Of a DNA stretch of 64,000 bases, positions 47,218-61,000 are shown piece by piece. The DNA is from Camelus ferus (lineage: Eukaryota). Where the stretch lies: contig NC_045697.1 of NCBI RefSeq assembly GCF_009834535.1, positions 108,874,001 to 108,938,000 on the forward strand, written 5' to 3'. The notes below the pieces were generated by a model. The model saw only the letters and a list, made by a program, of their open reading frames with translations, did not search any database and was not told the DNA's origin. The stretch's first letter is position 1, and each line of letters opens with the position of its first letter. The position numbers and the translations under genes are program-made.

Positions 47218-49814
47218 TAAGATCTTTCTTCTATTTGAATACAAGCATTTAAAGTTATAAGTTTCTTTTCTAAGCATTTTGGGTGCATCCCACAAATATC
47301 GATACATTGTATTTTCATTATCATTCAGTTCAAAATATTTTCTTCCTAGTGATTTTTTTCTTTTTTCCATTAATTATTTAGATGTGTTGTTCAGTTTCTA
47401 AATGGGGTGAGAGGAGGTTCTGCATATCTTCTTGTGATTAATTGTAATTAAATTCCACTGTGGTCAGATAACATACTCTGTGGTTGCATTTTTTAAAATT
47501 TATTGAGTTTTGTTGAGCCCATGATATGATCTGTTTTGCTAAACATGTCATGTTCATATGAAAGTAATGTGTATTCTGCCATTATTAAGTTTATTGTTCT
47601 GTAAATATCAGACGAAAGTGGCTGATAGGGTTCAGAACTTCTGTGTCTCTGCCAGTTTTCTTTGTCTAGTTGTTCTTTCAATTGCACTGAGCTTCGTGGC
47701 AAAGTCTCCAAGTATGAATGTGGACTTCTCTATTTCTCCTTTTAATTCTGTAAGTGTTTGTTTCATTTGTTTTGAAGCTCTGTTATTGGGACCAACATAC
47801 ACATTTATGATTGTTACATATTCCTGATGAATTGATCATTTTATCATTATGAAACGTCCCTGGTAATTATCTCTGGTAATAGTTTATTAAAAACTTTCAT
47901 CAGGTATTAATAAAGCCATGCCGACGTTCTTACAGCTGCTCTTTGCATAGTTTACCTTTCTTCATCCATTTATTTTCAGTCTATTTATGTCTTTGTTATT
48001 AAAGTGCATCTCACTTATATGGCATATAGTATGGTCATTAAAAAAAATACATTCTGACTGTCTCTGCCTTTTAACTGAAATGCTTACTCCAATAATATTT
48101 AATGCAGTTATTGATATGGTTGATTTTGTATCCACCCCTTTAGTTTCTTTGTTTTTTACTTTTCTATGTTTTCCTTCTCCTCTTCTTTTACTGCCTTCTT
48201 ATTATTTGAATATGTTAAAGAATGCCATATTCATTTTCCTGATAATTTTTTAGCTTTACTTTGCATTATACTTTTAGTGGTTGCTGTAACAGTTATAGTA
48301 TATATCTTAAACTTCATGTTTCACTGACAATTACTAACACACTGCTGCACTTAAGACAAAAATTTAGCAACCTTTTAAGGCCATATATCCTTACCCTCCC
48401 ACCTTGTTCTTTGATATAGGTATTTTATATATATTACATTTAGATACATTATAAACCACAGAAATGATGTTATAACATTTGCTTCAAGCAGTTGTGTGGT
48501 TTATAAAGAAACTGAGGAAGAGGCAAAAAGAAAAAGAGTGGTCTTTTGCATTTACCCAAGTAGTTAATATTTTATTTCCTTCTCATTCTTTTCTGAATAT
48601 CCATGTTCCTATCTGGTTTTATTTCCTTTCAGCCTGAAGAACTTCCTTTAGCATTTCTTGGGGTACAGGTCTGCTGGTGATGAGTTCTTTTAGTTTTATC
48701 TGAAAATACCCTTAATATTCTTTCCTAGTTCTTCAAAGGTATTTTCACTGGATATGGAATGCTGGGTAGATGGTTTTCTTCTTTTTCTGCAATGTTCCAC
48801 TCTCTTCTGGGCTTTATAGTATCTGATAAGAAATCAGCCATTAGTTGGATTGTCGTTTCCTGATAGTAATATATTGTTTTTCTCTTGCTGCTCTAGAAGT
48901 TAGCTCTTTATCTTCGGTTTTAAATAATTTGACTGTGTGATGTCCCTTGGCATGGATTTGGTGTTTATTCTGCATCGTGTTCATTAAGCATCTTAAATCT
49001 ATAAATTTTTGTCCTTCATCAAGTTTGGGAAAAGTTTGGCCATTAATTCTTAAAATACATTTTCTGTACAATTTTTCTCTCTCCTTCTTCTGGTATTTTA
49101 ATTACACATAAATTGGAATAGTTAATATTGGCTTATAGGTCTCTGAAGCTCTTTTTCTTCAGTGTTCTTTTCTCTTTGTTCTTTAGCTTGGATAATTTAT
49201 ATTGATTTAATTTAGTTTTACTTTTTACCCTGTTATCTTTTTCTGGCTAAGTCCATCCAGTGATTTTTTTTCTTTGAAAAATTATAGTTTTCAGTTCTAG
49301 AGTCCATTTGCCTCATTTTTACTGTTTCTTTTTCTGTGCTGAGATTTTCTATTTTTTCACTGAGATTTGATTCATTAAAAATATTTTGCTTTACTTAATT
49401 GAAGGTGTTTTTAAAATCCATATCTGTTTCTTCCAATCTCTGGTTCATCTCAGATTAGATGGATTTTCTTTTCCCTTGGAAATATGTTTTATCTTCTTGG
49501 TTCATCATATGTCTGGTAATTTTAGATTGCATTTTGAACTTGAGATGTGGAAGTCTTAGATTCTGTTATTTTTCTCGAAAGAATATTGCTTCCTTTGTTT
49601 TGGCTGATAATTTTCTTGGCTGGACTTACATTAGAGATATTGTTTGTTGGATGGCAGCTCTGGTCTCAATTCAGATCTTTTGTCATTAGCTGCATTCAGT
49701 GGAGTCTGTTCTGTGCAGGTGCATTTAGGGGTTAGTCAGACATAAGAGTAAAAAGAGTGTGAGGATCCTCTTTCTGGATCTTTCCTTGTTAGGATTCCTC
49801 CATTCCCTTTATTG

Positions 49815-51960
49815 CTTCTTCTTTTTTTCTTTTTTTTTAATTGAAGTATAATTGGTTTACAATGTTGTGTTAGTTTCTAGGATACAGCGTAGTGATTCAG
49901 TTACACACATATATATACACGGTCTTTTTCATATTTTTTTCATTATAGGTTATTATAAGATATTGAATATAGTTCCCTGTGCTATACAGTAGGGCCTTAT
50001 TGTTCATCTATTCTGTATATACTAGTTTGTATCTGCTAATTCCAAACTCCCAGTTTATCCCTTGCTGCCCCACCCTTTCTCCTTTGGTAACCATAGTTTG
50101 TTTTCTGTATCTGTGAGTCTGTTTCTGTTTTATAAATAAGTTCATTTGTGTCTTTTTTTTAGATTCCACATATAAGTGATATCATGATATTTATTTTTCT
50201 CTGACTTACTTCACTTAGTATGATAATCTCTAGGTCCATCTATGTTGCTGCAAATGGCATTATTTTGTTCTTTTTATGGCTGAGTAGTATTCCGTTGTGT
50301 GTGTGTGTTTATCACATCTTCTTTATCCAGTCATCTGTCAGTGGACATTCAGGTTGCTTCCATGTCTTGGCTATTGTAAATAGTGTTGCTGTAAACATTG
50401 ACAGTGCATGTATCTTTTCTAATTGGAGATACATGGCCAGGAGTGGGGTTACTGGGTCATATGGTAAGTCTATTTTTAGTTTTTTAAGGAATCTCTATAC
50501 TGTTTTCCATAGTGGCTACACCAATTTACATTCCCACTAACAGTGTAGGAGTGTTCCTTTTTCTCCATACCCTCTCCAGCATTTATGGTGGACATTTTAA
50601 TGATGGACATTCTGACCAGTATGAGGTGATACTTTATTGTAGTTTTGATTTGTATTTCTCTGATAATTAGCAATACTGTGCATCTTTTCATGTGCCTGTT
50701 GGCCATCTGTATGTCTTCTGTGGAGAAATGTCTGTTTAGATCTTCTGCCCATTTTGTGATTGGATTGTTTGGTTTTTTGATATTGAGTTGTATGAGCTGT
50801 TTGTATATTCTGAAAGTTAAACCCTTGTCATTTGCAAATATTTTCTCCCAGTCCGTAGGTTGTCTTTTTGTTTTGTTTATGGTTTCCTTTGCTGTGCAAA
50901 AGCCTATGTTTAATTAGGTGCCATTTGTTTATTTTTGCTTTTATTTCTATTGCCTTTGTAGACTGACCTAGGAAAATGTTGCTACAACTTATGTCAGAAT
51001 ATTTTGCCTGTGTTCTCTTCTAGGAGATTTGTGATGTCCTGTCTCATGTTTAAGTCTTTAAGCCATTTTGGGTTTATTTTTGTGGTAGTGTGAGGGAATG
51101 TTCTAACTTTATTAATTTATACATGGCTGTTCAGCTTTCCCGACATCACATGCTGAAGAAACTGTATTTTCTCCATTGCATATTCTTGCCTTCTTTGTCG
51201 AAGATTGACCATAAATCTGTGGGTTCATTTCTAAGCTCTCTTTTCTGATCCGTTGATCCATATGTGTGTTTTTGTGCTATACCATACTGTTTTAATTGCT
51301 GTAACTTTGTAGTACTGTCTGAATTCTTGGTGGGTTATGCCTCCAGCTTCATTCTTTTTCTTCAGTATTGCTTTGGCAATTCTGAGTCTTTTGTGAGTCC
51401 ATGTAAATTTTAGGATTATTTGTTCTCTTTATGTGAAAAATGTCATGGGTAATTTGATAGGGATCACGTTAAATTGGTAGATTGCTTTGGGTAGTATGGC
51501 CATTTTAACAATATTAAATCTTTTAGTCCAAGAGCATGGGATAGCTTTTCATTTCTTTAAATCATCTTTAATTTCCTTTATCGATGTTTTACATTCTCAG
51601 TGTATAAGTCTTTCACCTCCTTAGTCAGGTTTATTCTTAAGTATTTGGTTTCTTGATGCAGTTTTTAAAGTTTTTTTTTTCTTTTTTACTTTCCTTTTGT
51701 GATATTTCATTGTTAGTGTTAAGAAATGCAACTGAATTCTGTATGTTAATCTTGTAACCTGCTGTTTTGCTGAATTCATTTATCAGCTCTAGTAGTTTTT
51801 GTGTGGAGTCTTTAGGATTTTCCATATATAGTATCATGTCATCTGCATATAGTGACATTTTTACCTCTTCCATTCCAATTTGGATCCCTTTTATTTCTTT
51901 TTCTTTTCTGACTGCTATGGCTAGATTTCCAGTACTGTGTTGAATAGAAGTGATGAGAGT
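49815..51960 (-). mobile_element. 5'-truncated L1 (RT region to 3'UTR)
   Basis: ORF2 remnants [19 protein letters not shown] (51637-51873) and MANRHMKRC (50476-50706); T-rich tail; possible degenerate TSD cattccc(t/a)tt. Confidence 0.88.
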
Positions 51961-52124
51961 GTCATTCCCATTAATTTTATTAGCCTAACTCTTCTCCAAC
52001 TCAAAAAGACTAGTTTTCTCCTGTGTGCTGTCACAACTACTGGGTGCGCAGTATGGGTAGGACTTAGTTTTAGGCTAAAATCCAAGGAGATGGAAATTTG
52101 CTTGTATTGCTCATTTCACACATG

Positions 52125-52600
52125 TTCTTGCCACTGGCTGCCTCTCTGACATTTTCTTCTGTTTTCCTCTGGCTCTTCTCTCAAGCTGCATGGTCGTCTT
52201 GGCATTCCTTGAAAAGCTGAGCATGTTCCCATCTCCTCATCTTTGTATTTACTATTCCCTCTGCCTGGAATGCTGTACTCCCAGGTATCTTTATGGCTCA
52301 CTCCCTCACTTTATTCAGGTCTCACAAAAATACTGTATCTCTTCAGAGGTTTTCTCTGATCACTCTCTTTAAAACAGCACATTTATGAACACGTGTAGAT
52401 ACATGTGCCCATTAGCACTCACAACTGTATGATGTGTGTATTTATCAGTTTGTTTTCCCCAACTAAGATGTAAGTTCTATGAGGGTACGGAGTTTTGTCT
52501 GTTTTGTTCACTGCTCTATCCTGTGTGTCTGAAATTACGCCTTGTGCATTAGAGAGTTCAATAAATTAGTTGAACGATGAATATATGAATGAATAATCAC
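52125..52600 (+). mobile_element. L2a 3' end
   Basis: ttccctctgcctggaatgct...gtaagttctatgagggta...ttcaataaattagttgaacgatgaat. Confidence 0.8.
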
Positions 52601-54765
52601 CGTTCTAGCCAAGTCGCTTTACTTGCAGCTTCTAGAATATACTAGACTCTTTTTCTGCTGTGCTTTTTTTCCTTCTATTTAGAATCCCTCAACTGTTCCC
52701 ATCTGTCATCCTATAAGATACATCTTAAATATCACCTCTGATTAACACATTGATTGCCCACTGTGGATCAGGTGTGTTTCCTGCGGGCCCAAATTCACAC
52801 TTCACTGTAGTGTAATGCATTAACAGTGTATATGTTCATCATTAATCTGTTTTTCCAATATAATTGGAATTGTTTTCAAAAAACAATTGCTTTTCTTATT
52901 TTCAATTTTCAACCTCTTTACAGTTTTATTTCTTCTTGGAATGTCATTATTCTGCACAAAATAAATCATGTAATGGGATAGTCTTGGATGCTGTGGCATT
53001 ACTTTGATATTCATTAGCTCAGAGTGATACACGATCCGATTAGTGGAACCGATAGATAAGCAGTTGTTTAGAATGGTACTCCATTCGCCTGCTCTGTTCG
53101 ACACCGCTCGGCAGTTTTATTCTGTGTCTCAAAGTCTCTGTGTCCTTGAAGTATTGTCTCCACTCATTTTAGTGGAGAACTAACTCCACAGAAAGTTTTC
53201 TGCATGCAAACTTCATTTCAGAGACTCTTTCCCCAGAATCCAGACTAAAGCAGAGGAGTTTTTGTTTTCCTTTCTTGAATTTTTTAAGTCTTCTGTCTGA
53301 AATTTTTTCTTTTTTTAGTTTTCAAGGTTTACATGGAATGTTAACTGTATTAATTTCCTCACTAGTTTCAGGCTTGTGGTAAGAGGAACTCTGAACTACG
53401 ACTTTTTAAATAAGATATTGAGGAATACAAGGAAATAAGTAAATTTTCTGGGAAATGTTGTAAGTAATAATAGCAGAATTTTGCATTATTCTGAAAGTTC
53501 TTTTTTCATTGGCTTAACCAATTAGGATTTCAATTTGACATTTTAGTCTTTTCTCAAAACTGTTTCCAAATAATTCAAGTACACTGATTTTTGAGGTACT
53601 TGATAATTCACTTTTTTTTTTGGCTGTTTCAGATATTTCCCCTTGGTTTGTTTTACTGCAATGATACCCATGAGAAGAAATGAATGTGTTATCACATGCT
53701 CCATGGGTGGGACAAGGAAGAGAGTGAATGTGGAGCACAAATGTATAATGGTCATTTTAACACCTTCGTAACTACAGATCGGACTTTTGTTTTAGCTCAT
53801 ATCCTTTCCAGTCAGTAGACATTCATTGAGAAATTCTTGTTTGCCAAACCCTGGGCTAATTTCCAATGATAAAGAGATGGCTCTGGCTGTCTCTGTCCTT
53901 AAAGGCCCTGACTTTACTAAAAGGAAAAGTATTTATTTATTTACTTAGATCTTCATTCTGTTGCCCTGGGAATACAAAGATATAGAGATGGTCTATTCAT
54001 TTTTGTGTCAGAAAATAGAAACTTTATTATGTATAAAATTTGTCGTGGTAAAGAAAAAGAAGTTTGTATAAGAAGTAGAAGTGTTGTATATATGAGATTC
54101 TGTGAGAAGCAGAACATTTCTACAATTGCCAAGAAATAGAAATCTAGCCCAGGAAGACCCTAGGATTTATACAATCTGTAACCATTCCAAAGAATTTGGT
54201 TTTAGAGGATCCTAAAGAAAGAGAGGCAGATACTTACTGAAGAGTACAGTCAGTCTCCCAAACTGAATCAGTGGTACCTTCCGCCAGATCAGTGACACAC
54301 ATTATTTGTTTTTTATATTCTATAGAATCTAATAGAATCCCTTGCACATAACAAGTTTCACTAAATACTGGTTAAATTTTGTTTTTTAAAGTGTGGTCTG
54401 TAGGTCCAAGAATCTTTCTGGCAATCTACAAGGTCAAAACTGTTTTTAATAATACTCAGACATTATTTGCATTTTTGATTTCTGTGTCATTTGCACCATT
54501 TATAAGGTAAGGATATTACCCCCTGATATCTACAGCAAGATCAAGAAATCTAAGTTGAATGCAATTTTAAAAGCCAGTTGTATTTTGTATTATTTCAGTA
54601 TGATGATTATTATATAAGGATAGGTATGTTATAATTATTTAAAAAGGGGCTATAAAAGTGGCTTTTAAGTGCTATAAATATGAATATAGTCTTTTGAATA
54701 TTTGCCTTCTATGATTTGGTGTTATTTATAACTGTTTCTTACCTCCTTTTTTTTAGGAGTCTACC

Positions 54766-54858
54766 ATGGCTCAAGAATCTCCAAAAAATTCAGCAGCAGA
54801 AATTCCAGTGACTAGCAATGGAGAAGTTGATGACTCTCATGAACATGGCTTTAATAGG
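54766..54858 (+). CDS. ARFIP1: Arfaptin-1 first canonical coding exon (exon 54757-54858; gene continues beyond the window)
   Basis: Encodes MAQESPKNSAAEIPVTSNGEVDDSHEHGFNR, the arfaptin-1 N-terminus. Acceptor cctccttttttttag|GAGTCTACCATG, Kozak ACCATGG, phase-0 donor AGG|GTAAGA at 54858/54859. Confidence 0.95.
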
Positions 54859-55802
54859 GTAAGAACACTTTTCTCTCTCTTAATACAGAGAATCATGATA
54901 CGCTCCTTAAATATTGAGATGAAAGAAATAGAATTTAATATAGGAGTATTTTCTTACATTGGCTGAAATGCCAAGAATCTCATGTTACTATGTAGGGATG
55001 ACGAGGTGTGTCATGCTAGTGATTTTTCAAGATAAAGCTCTAGACTAGTAAAGCATTTAGACTTTGATGTTACTGTCAGTGATTTTCTTATATGACCAGA
55101 ACAAGGGTGTGTCTGATGATTTTAGTATATAACTTTATTAAAAACTTTATTTCATTCTATTTGTGATAAGAAAAAATATTAACTCTAGACTATCCTGTAA
55201 AAAATTGGCATTGTCTGATCTCTTTTCTGTGTGTCCTTAATACATAATTCCTAAGTAGGCTTCTCCTGACTTTGCTGTTCACTTTCTAAAGTGACATACT
55301 TGACTCAGTGGAAAATGAAACTTGGAGTGTGTTTAATTTTGATCTGCCTCTCATTTGAAATTGAAATATAATGTATTTTAGTGGGAGTACCATGGATTTG
55401 GAAATAATGTGGATGAACATCTATGCCATTTCTAACAGTGTAACCCTGATATTTATTTAATCTCTTCTAGGTTTTTTTTCGTAATCTCTGTAAATGAGCA
55501 CCTTATTTCTTTTCGTGGGGGATATTAATTTTAAATGGGATTAAAATAAGTAATATGCCTAACACAGTCCTAGAAATGATAGGTTATTTCTGGAGACATT
55601 TGCATCAAACATCCCTTTTAATGACATTTGATACATGTGTACAACTGTAAATAACTTTAAAACGATAGTTTTCATATTTTTGAAAAAGTGATGGTTGAAA
55701 GATACTTGAATTCATTTTACAGTTTAAATAGGAGTCGTTTTACTTCATATATTTAAGAATAAAATTCTGTGTTTTAGTGTAACAGAAGGTGATAGTTTAG
55801 AT

Positions 55803-56024
55803 CAGGATTTCTCAGTCTCAGTGTTACCGACATTTTGGGCCAGACAGACTCCTCTGTGGTGTGTTGGCATATGTGTGTAGGATGGTTAGCAGAATGCCTG
55901 GCCCCTTCCTAGTAGATGCCAGAAGTACCGTACCCTCCAGTTGTGACAAGCAGCATTGTCTTCAGACATTGCCAAATGTGTCCCCGCGGGAAGGGAAAAA
56001 CTTGCCTCTGGTTGAGAACCACTG
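55803..56024. mobile_element. MER20 (hAT-Charlie MITE)
   Basis: caggatttctcagtct...gacattttgggccaga...ggttgagaaccactg; 8-bp TSD gtttagat/ttttagat. Confidence 0.88.
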
Positions 56025-56629
56025 TTTTAGATAGATCATTTTAATTGATTTTAGAAAATTACACTGAGTTTCACTTATTTTTGCCTCAGTAGTCCTTTGG
56101 AAGAAACAGATGTATTTTCAAGCTTGGGATGTGTTTGTTTTAATTGCAAGTGTTTTAACTTGATTTCTAAGCACCCATGGACCAGTACAGAGTGACTGAC
56201 AGAAGAAGGAGACTTAAATTCTGAGCACACAAAGGAAATTTTCATAGCAGGTTTTAGTTTTCTGATATTTGGAAACACTAAGGTACACTTGCATATCAAA
56301 GAAACTCAAGTTACCATCATTAGACTCTACCAGTTACTTTATAAACTTCTATTAATTCAAATAACTCATTGTACCAGGATTTTAATTAATGATTGCTTCA
56401 TCTCATTTTTGATAACAGCTCCTTTTTGCAAATTTATTCCGCAAATATTTTTTGAGATCTGCTGTGTACCAGGCACTGGAGATATCCTAGTGAACAAAAA
56501 ATGACAAAAATACCTGCCATCAGGGATTTAATAGACAGTCTAAGGAAACCTTTGTCTAACAAAAATGCATTGCATACAAAATGCTGCATTGTTTTGGAGA
56601 TTCACCTGCCATCTTAAACCTATCATTTT

Positions 56630-58050
56630 TCTTGTTGTTGTTTATTTTTTGATCTATAGCTTATACTTTTACATAGTAAAAAGCACAAATGTTAAGTGTA
56701 AAGCTCGATGGAAACACCACCTATATCAAGATGTAGAACTTTTCCAGGACGTTACCTGGCTCCATCTTGCCCTCTTCTAGGCAGTACGCCTCCCTCCCTT
56801 CCAGGGTCATTGCTATTGCCATAATTCTGACACCATTGATTGCTTTTGACTCTTCCTGGACTGGATGTAAATGGAATCATACAGTATGTACTCTTTTCTG
56901 ACTGGCTTTCATTCAACATCATGTCTGTGAAATTTATTCGTATTGTTACTTTGGCAGTATTTAATTCTTTTCTGTTGTAACATCGTTTTCTGTTGTGTTA
57001 ATACACCACAATCTGTGTATCCATTCTTCAATTGACGGATACCTAGGTGGTTTCCCGTTCATGGCTGTTGTTAATAAAGCTGCTGTGACCATGCTTGTCC
57101 AGGTCTTCTGGTGCACACAGTCACCTGTTTATGTTGGGTATATACCCTGGAGTGGAATTGCCAGGTTACAGTACATGACTTTTGGCCTTGGTAGATACTG
57201 TCAACTAGTTTGCTAGAGTGATTGAACCAGTTGACAGTCCTGTCAGCAGTGAATGAATGTTGTGGTTGTTCCACATCATTACCAATTTTTGATATTGTGA
57301 TACTTTTTAATTTTAACCATTCTAATAGCATCATAATGGTGTCTCCTTGTGGTTTTAATATGCATCTCCCTGATGATTAATGATGTTGAGCATATTTTCA
57401 TATTCTTACTGACCACTTGGATATTATCTTTTATGAAGTGCATTTTCAAGTCCTTTGTCCATTTTTCTTTTGAGTGTATGCCCTTTTCTAATTCATTTGT
57501 AGGAATTCTTTATATTTTTGAGGTACAAGTCATTTGTTTGAATGTGTGTATTGCAGATGTTTTCTATTAATGGTATCTTTAGATAGCAAAAGTTAATTTT
57601 ATTGAAATCTGATTTTTCAGTGTTTATAATTTTTGTGACCCTTCTAAGAAAATTGGCCTTTTCCAGTATCATGAAGATACTCTGTTTTCTTCTAAGAAAT
57701 TTTACTGTTTTGATTCTCACGTGGAGATTCGTCTTGAATTTTGTGTATGGCGTGATGTAGGGGTCAAGGTTTATTTATTTTCCCATATGAATATCATCTG
57801 ATATTCATCATTTATTGAAAAGACTCTCCACAGGGGCCCTTTGCTGTTAATCAGGTGATCATATACATGTGGGTCTACTACTGGGCTCTGTGTTTTATTT
57901 CTTTGTCTTTTTGTCTGTCCTTGCAATAATACCAAATTATCTTACCTACTTACTTATTAGAGTAATTAAGTCTGGAACAGATACTAGCTTCAGCCTTGAT
58001 ACCTGGTAGTTAATTCCTCCAGCTTTGTTCTTCAGGATTGCCTTATACCT
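56630..58050 (-). mobile_element. Old L1M 3' end
   Basis: ggaatcatacagtatgta, gtggttttaatatgcatctccctgatgattaatgatgttgagcat. Confidence 0.75.
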
Positions 58051-61000
58051 TAAATCTATTATGAGTCTTTTGTTAAGAACCTTTATTTGCCTTTGAGTAG
58101 CACTGAAAAAAGTTTTCCTTTATCCTTGCAAATTTTAACTTTAGAATGAAGTCTTACTAGAGTAAAGTGAATTAAATCATAATATATCTGTATGAGGTTT
58201 TTTTTGCTTATGCAAAGCCAGTTAACTTGTAGCTTTGTAAGTTTACTTCTTGTTTAATATCTGATTCTCTTTTTGGAGATTACCTTTTAATGTTTTTTCA
58301 TTTTCTATGGGAAGGTAGAGAAGGGAAAAAGAAGGGGTTGTCCTGGAGGTCCCCTCTCATTGGATGTGAACTTTACCAATGGGCAAGTTTCCTTAGAAAC
58401 AATAATCCACTTCAACCAGTACACCCCACTTAATCTCCCTAAAGAAATTCAACATCATAAAAATTGTTTCTGTTTATATCTGCTCTTATGAAAAATATAT
58501 GCATCATGAGCCTCTTACATATTTAATATTCTTTTTTTTTAAAGAAAGGCTATGTGTTTTCTTTTACCATGAATGAAAACAAGATTTCAAAAGCATCTTT
58601 TGACTGTTGAATAAATTACACGCAAGCTCTATTAGTCATGTACTTACTTATATTTTTGGCATGCTCCTTTATTTTCCTTAGCAATGAAAGGGAAATTGTA
58701 TTTAACCTGAAATCCATGTTTCTATTTTACTATAGATAAAAGTTCATAGGGAAAAAAGTGTGAATAATATATTGCTTAGCATTAGATTGTATTTTATAGA
58801 CTAGTAGAGAGGTCTCATACAAAACTAGACCATAACCAGAGTTTTCTGAGGTATTTTATTAACATACATCTTCCTTTTATACATATTTGATGTTTAAAAT
58901 CATATAATGACTTTTATTTAATGCATACTGCAGAATACACTTTAAAACAGTAGTCTTATATAAATTAAGATGGTGCCTAATTAAGTTGTCATTACTTGTC
59001 TGGCCAGTTGGTGTCACTATGGCCCAGGCAGTGAAATTGTGAGTGAGTGAGTGTGTTCTTGTTTCTGTCTCATTGCTGATGTTTCATTTTTCTTTTGATT
59101 TCCCTTCTAAGTCTGTCCTACTAGGAGAGGCCCTGGGTAGTTTCTAAGTCAACATTCACATTGAAATAGAGAATGTAATGGGAGAACTTGTCCTGGAAAT
59201 TCCCTGACAGCAGCTTAACATATATTAATGTTTCAAGGTTTGTTATTCTTTTTATTAAGATAAGGGGCAACAACTGTATGTTGAGAGGATAGGATAGTAA
59301 TACTTACTGCAGTTTTTACAGCAAAAATATTTTTGCTTCTAAATAAAAAATAATTATTATTTTTTGAAGTGTAGTAAAGTTTAACCTCTAAAGAATACTT
59401 TTACTTGTAAACTGCATATTATTTATAGTTTATTCTGTTATAGTGCTGGTCAAAATACTAGATTAGAAATGTGCGATGTATGCCATGAGTTAAAATGAAG
59501 AAGCACGTATTAGCTCCGTATGGTTGAAGCTTCTTGTGAATTAAGTTATATTTGGCAGATTTAGAGAAATCATCGTAATAGATACAGCTAAAATAGAACT
59601 TTCCCTGTGGAAGTCCCAAAGCTAAAATTCACAATTTAGGTTTTTCCACCTATGTACCTTTTCTCTATGAAAAGGCGTATATACACAAAACTACCAAATC
59701 TTGTGTCCAGTTTGAATGAGTTTAGGATCCCTTAAACTCTGTCTGTGGATCCTTAGGTTCCCTGTGTCTTAAATACTCCTGGTCTACAAGTTTTGAGTTA
59801 AGTGACAGGATTTTAGTTCAGTAGGAGTACCTTAAAGGTCTGTGAGTCTCACTACTTTATTTTACACCTGAGGTAAGGGCCCCTGAGGTTGTGATAAAAT
59901 TACCCATGTTAACTAACAGTACCAAAGGCTTTCATGGTAAGCACAGTGCGGGCAAGAGTGCTCATTCGTTACCTCATCTGCGGGGCTTGGCAGCAGTGCT
60001 GGCACAGAATAGATAATTGGGGCCTTCATTAAATGTTTGTTGAATGAGTGAATAGATGTTAGAATCAGGACTAGAAACAAGGTTTCCAGAGTGCTGAGGA
60101 AGACAGGGAAGAGATACTGTACTCTGAGACTTGATACATCTTTTGTTCTTAATTTCCCAACATGCATCACAGTCATCTTTGTTGTATTTGTTGGTTGTTG
60201 GAAGTTTTCTTGTTTTGGACATTTTTGTTGTTATTTTTCTTTTATTCTTTAATGATTTTGTTAAACTAAATAGTTTCTCAATTCCGCTGTACTCATCAGT
60301 CTGAATAACCTACTTTAGCAGTCTAAGGAAGACTTGGGAAAGAATATAAGAATAGAAATTGTAAGAACATTGTGTGGGACATGTTTCTTTCTCTCACCTT
60401 AATGATGTAACTGTCCATTTATTTATCTTCTTTTCCCGAGAGATTAGAATCACATTGAAGGCAGAGAGTGTGTGCACACTGTACAGTTTATGATTTACAG
60501 TAGAGCTGTTCAGTGAAAGAATGGATTTCAATGTAAGGATTTAAATTTGACATTTTCTACTTCAGTCATCCTGCCCTAGAATTTGGATACCACGTGATCA
60601 TGGTTTTTCCACATACTGTATGGTGATAACAGTGTAATGTTTCTGCATTATTCATATCTGAAAAATTTAGTAGTTCAGACAGTGGCAGCATTGATTTCAT
60701 GGGAACTTTTTCTTATGGCCAGTTTTTACCAAATGTATGTCTTGGACCCTTTTAAAGGTATGGCAAATGTTTTTCAAGGGTTGTTTAATCCGTGCAAAAT
60801 CTGATTCATTTTAGTAATTACTTTCCAAGTATAGAATATATTCTTAGTACTATTACCACAAATTAAGTTTTAAAATATGTGTATTATATATACATCTATT
60901 AAATTAACTCTGGATTGGGATTCCTGTTGAAATTGTGAATAAATATGATTCTAATGAAAGACTGAAGCCATATGTATCTTAATTATAATTTGTAGATTGT

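Larger units (their letters stand above)
41710..49800 (-). mobile_element. Old L1M 5' half (ORF2 endonuclease region + ORF1), interrupted by two younger L1s
   Basis: Removing the two insertions restores contiguous antisense L1 sequence tttaatttgcttgttttc-tgttttcttagggtgcaatcttagattg...taagatctttcttct. ORF remnants: YFELNDNENTMYRYLWDAPK (47182-47370) and KTEDKELTSRAAREK (48841-49071). Confidence 0.8.

Noticed and set aside
54859..54966. C-terminal part of the 66-aa ORF after ...GFNR
   Set aside because: Read-through into intron 2 past the AGG|GTAAGA donor.
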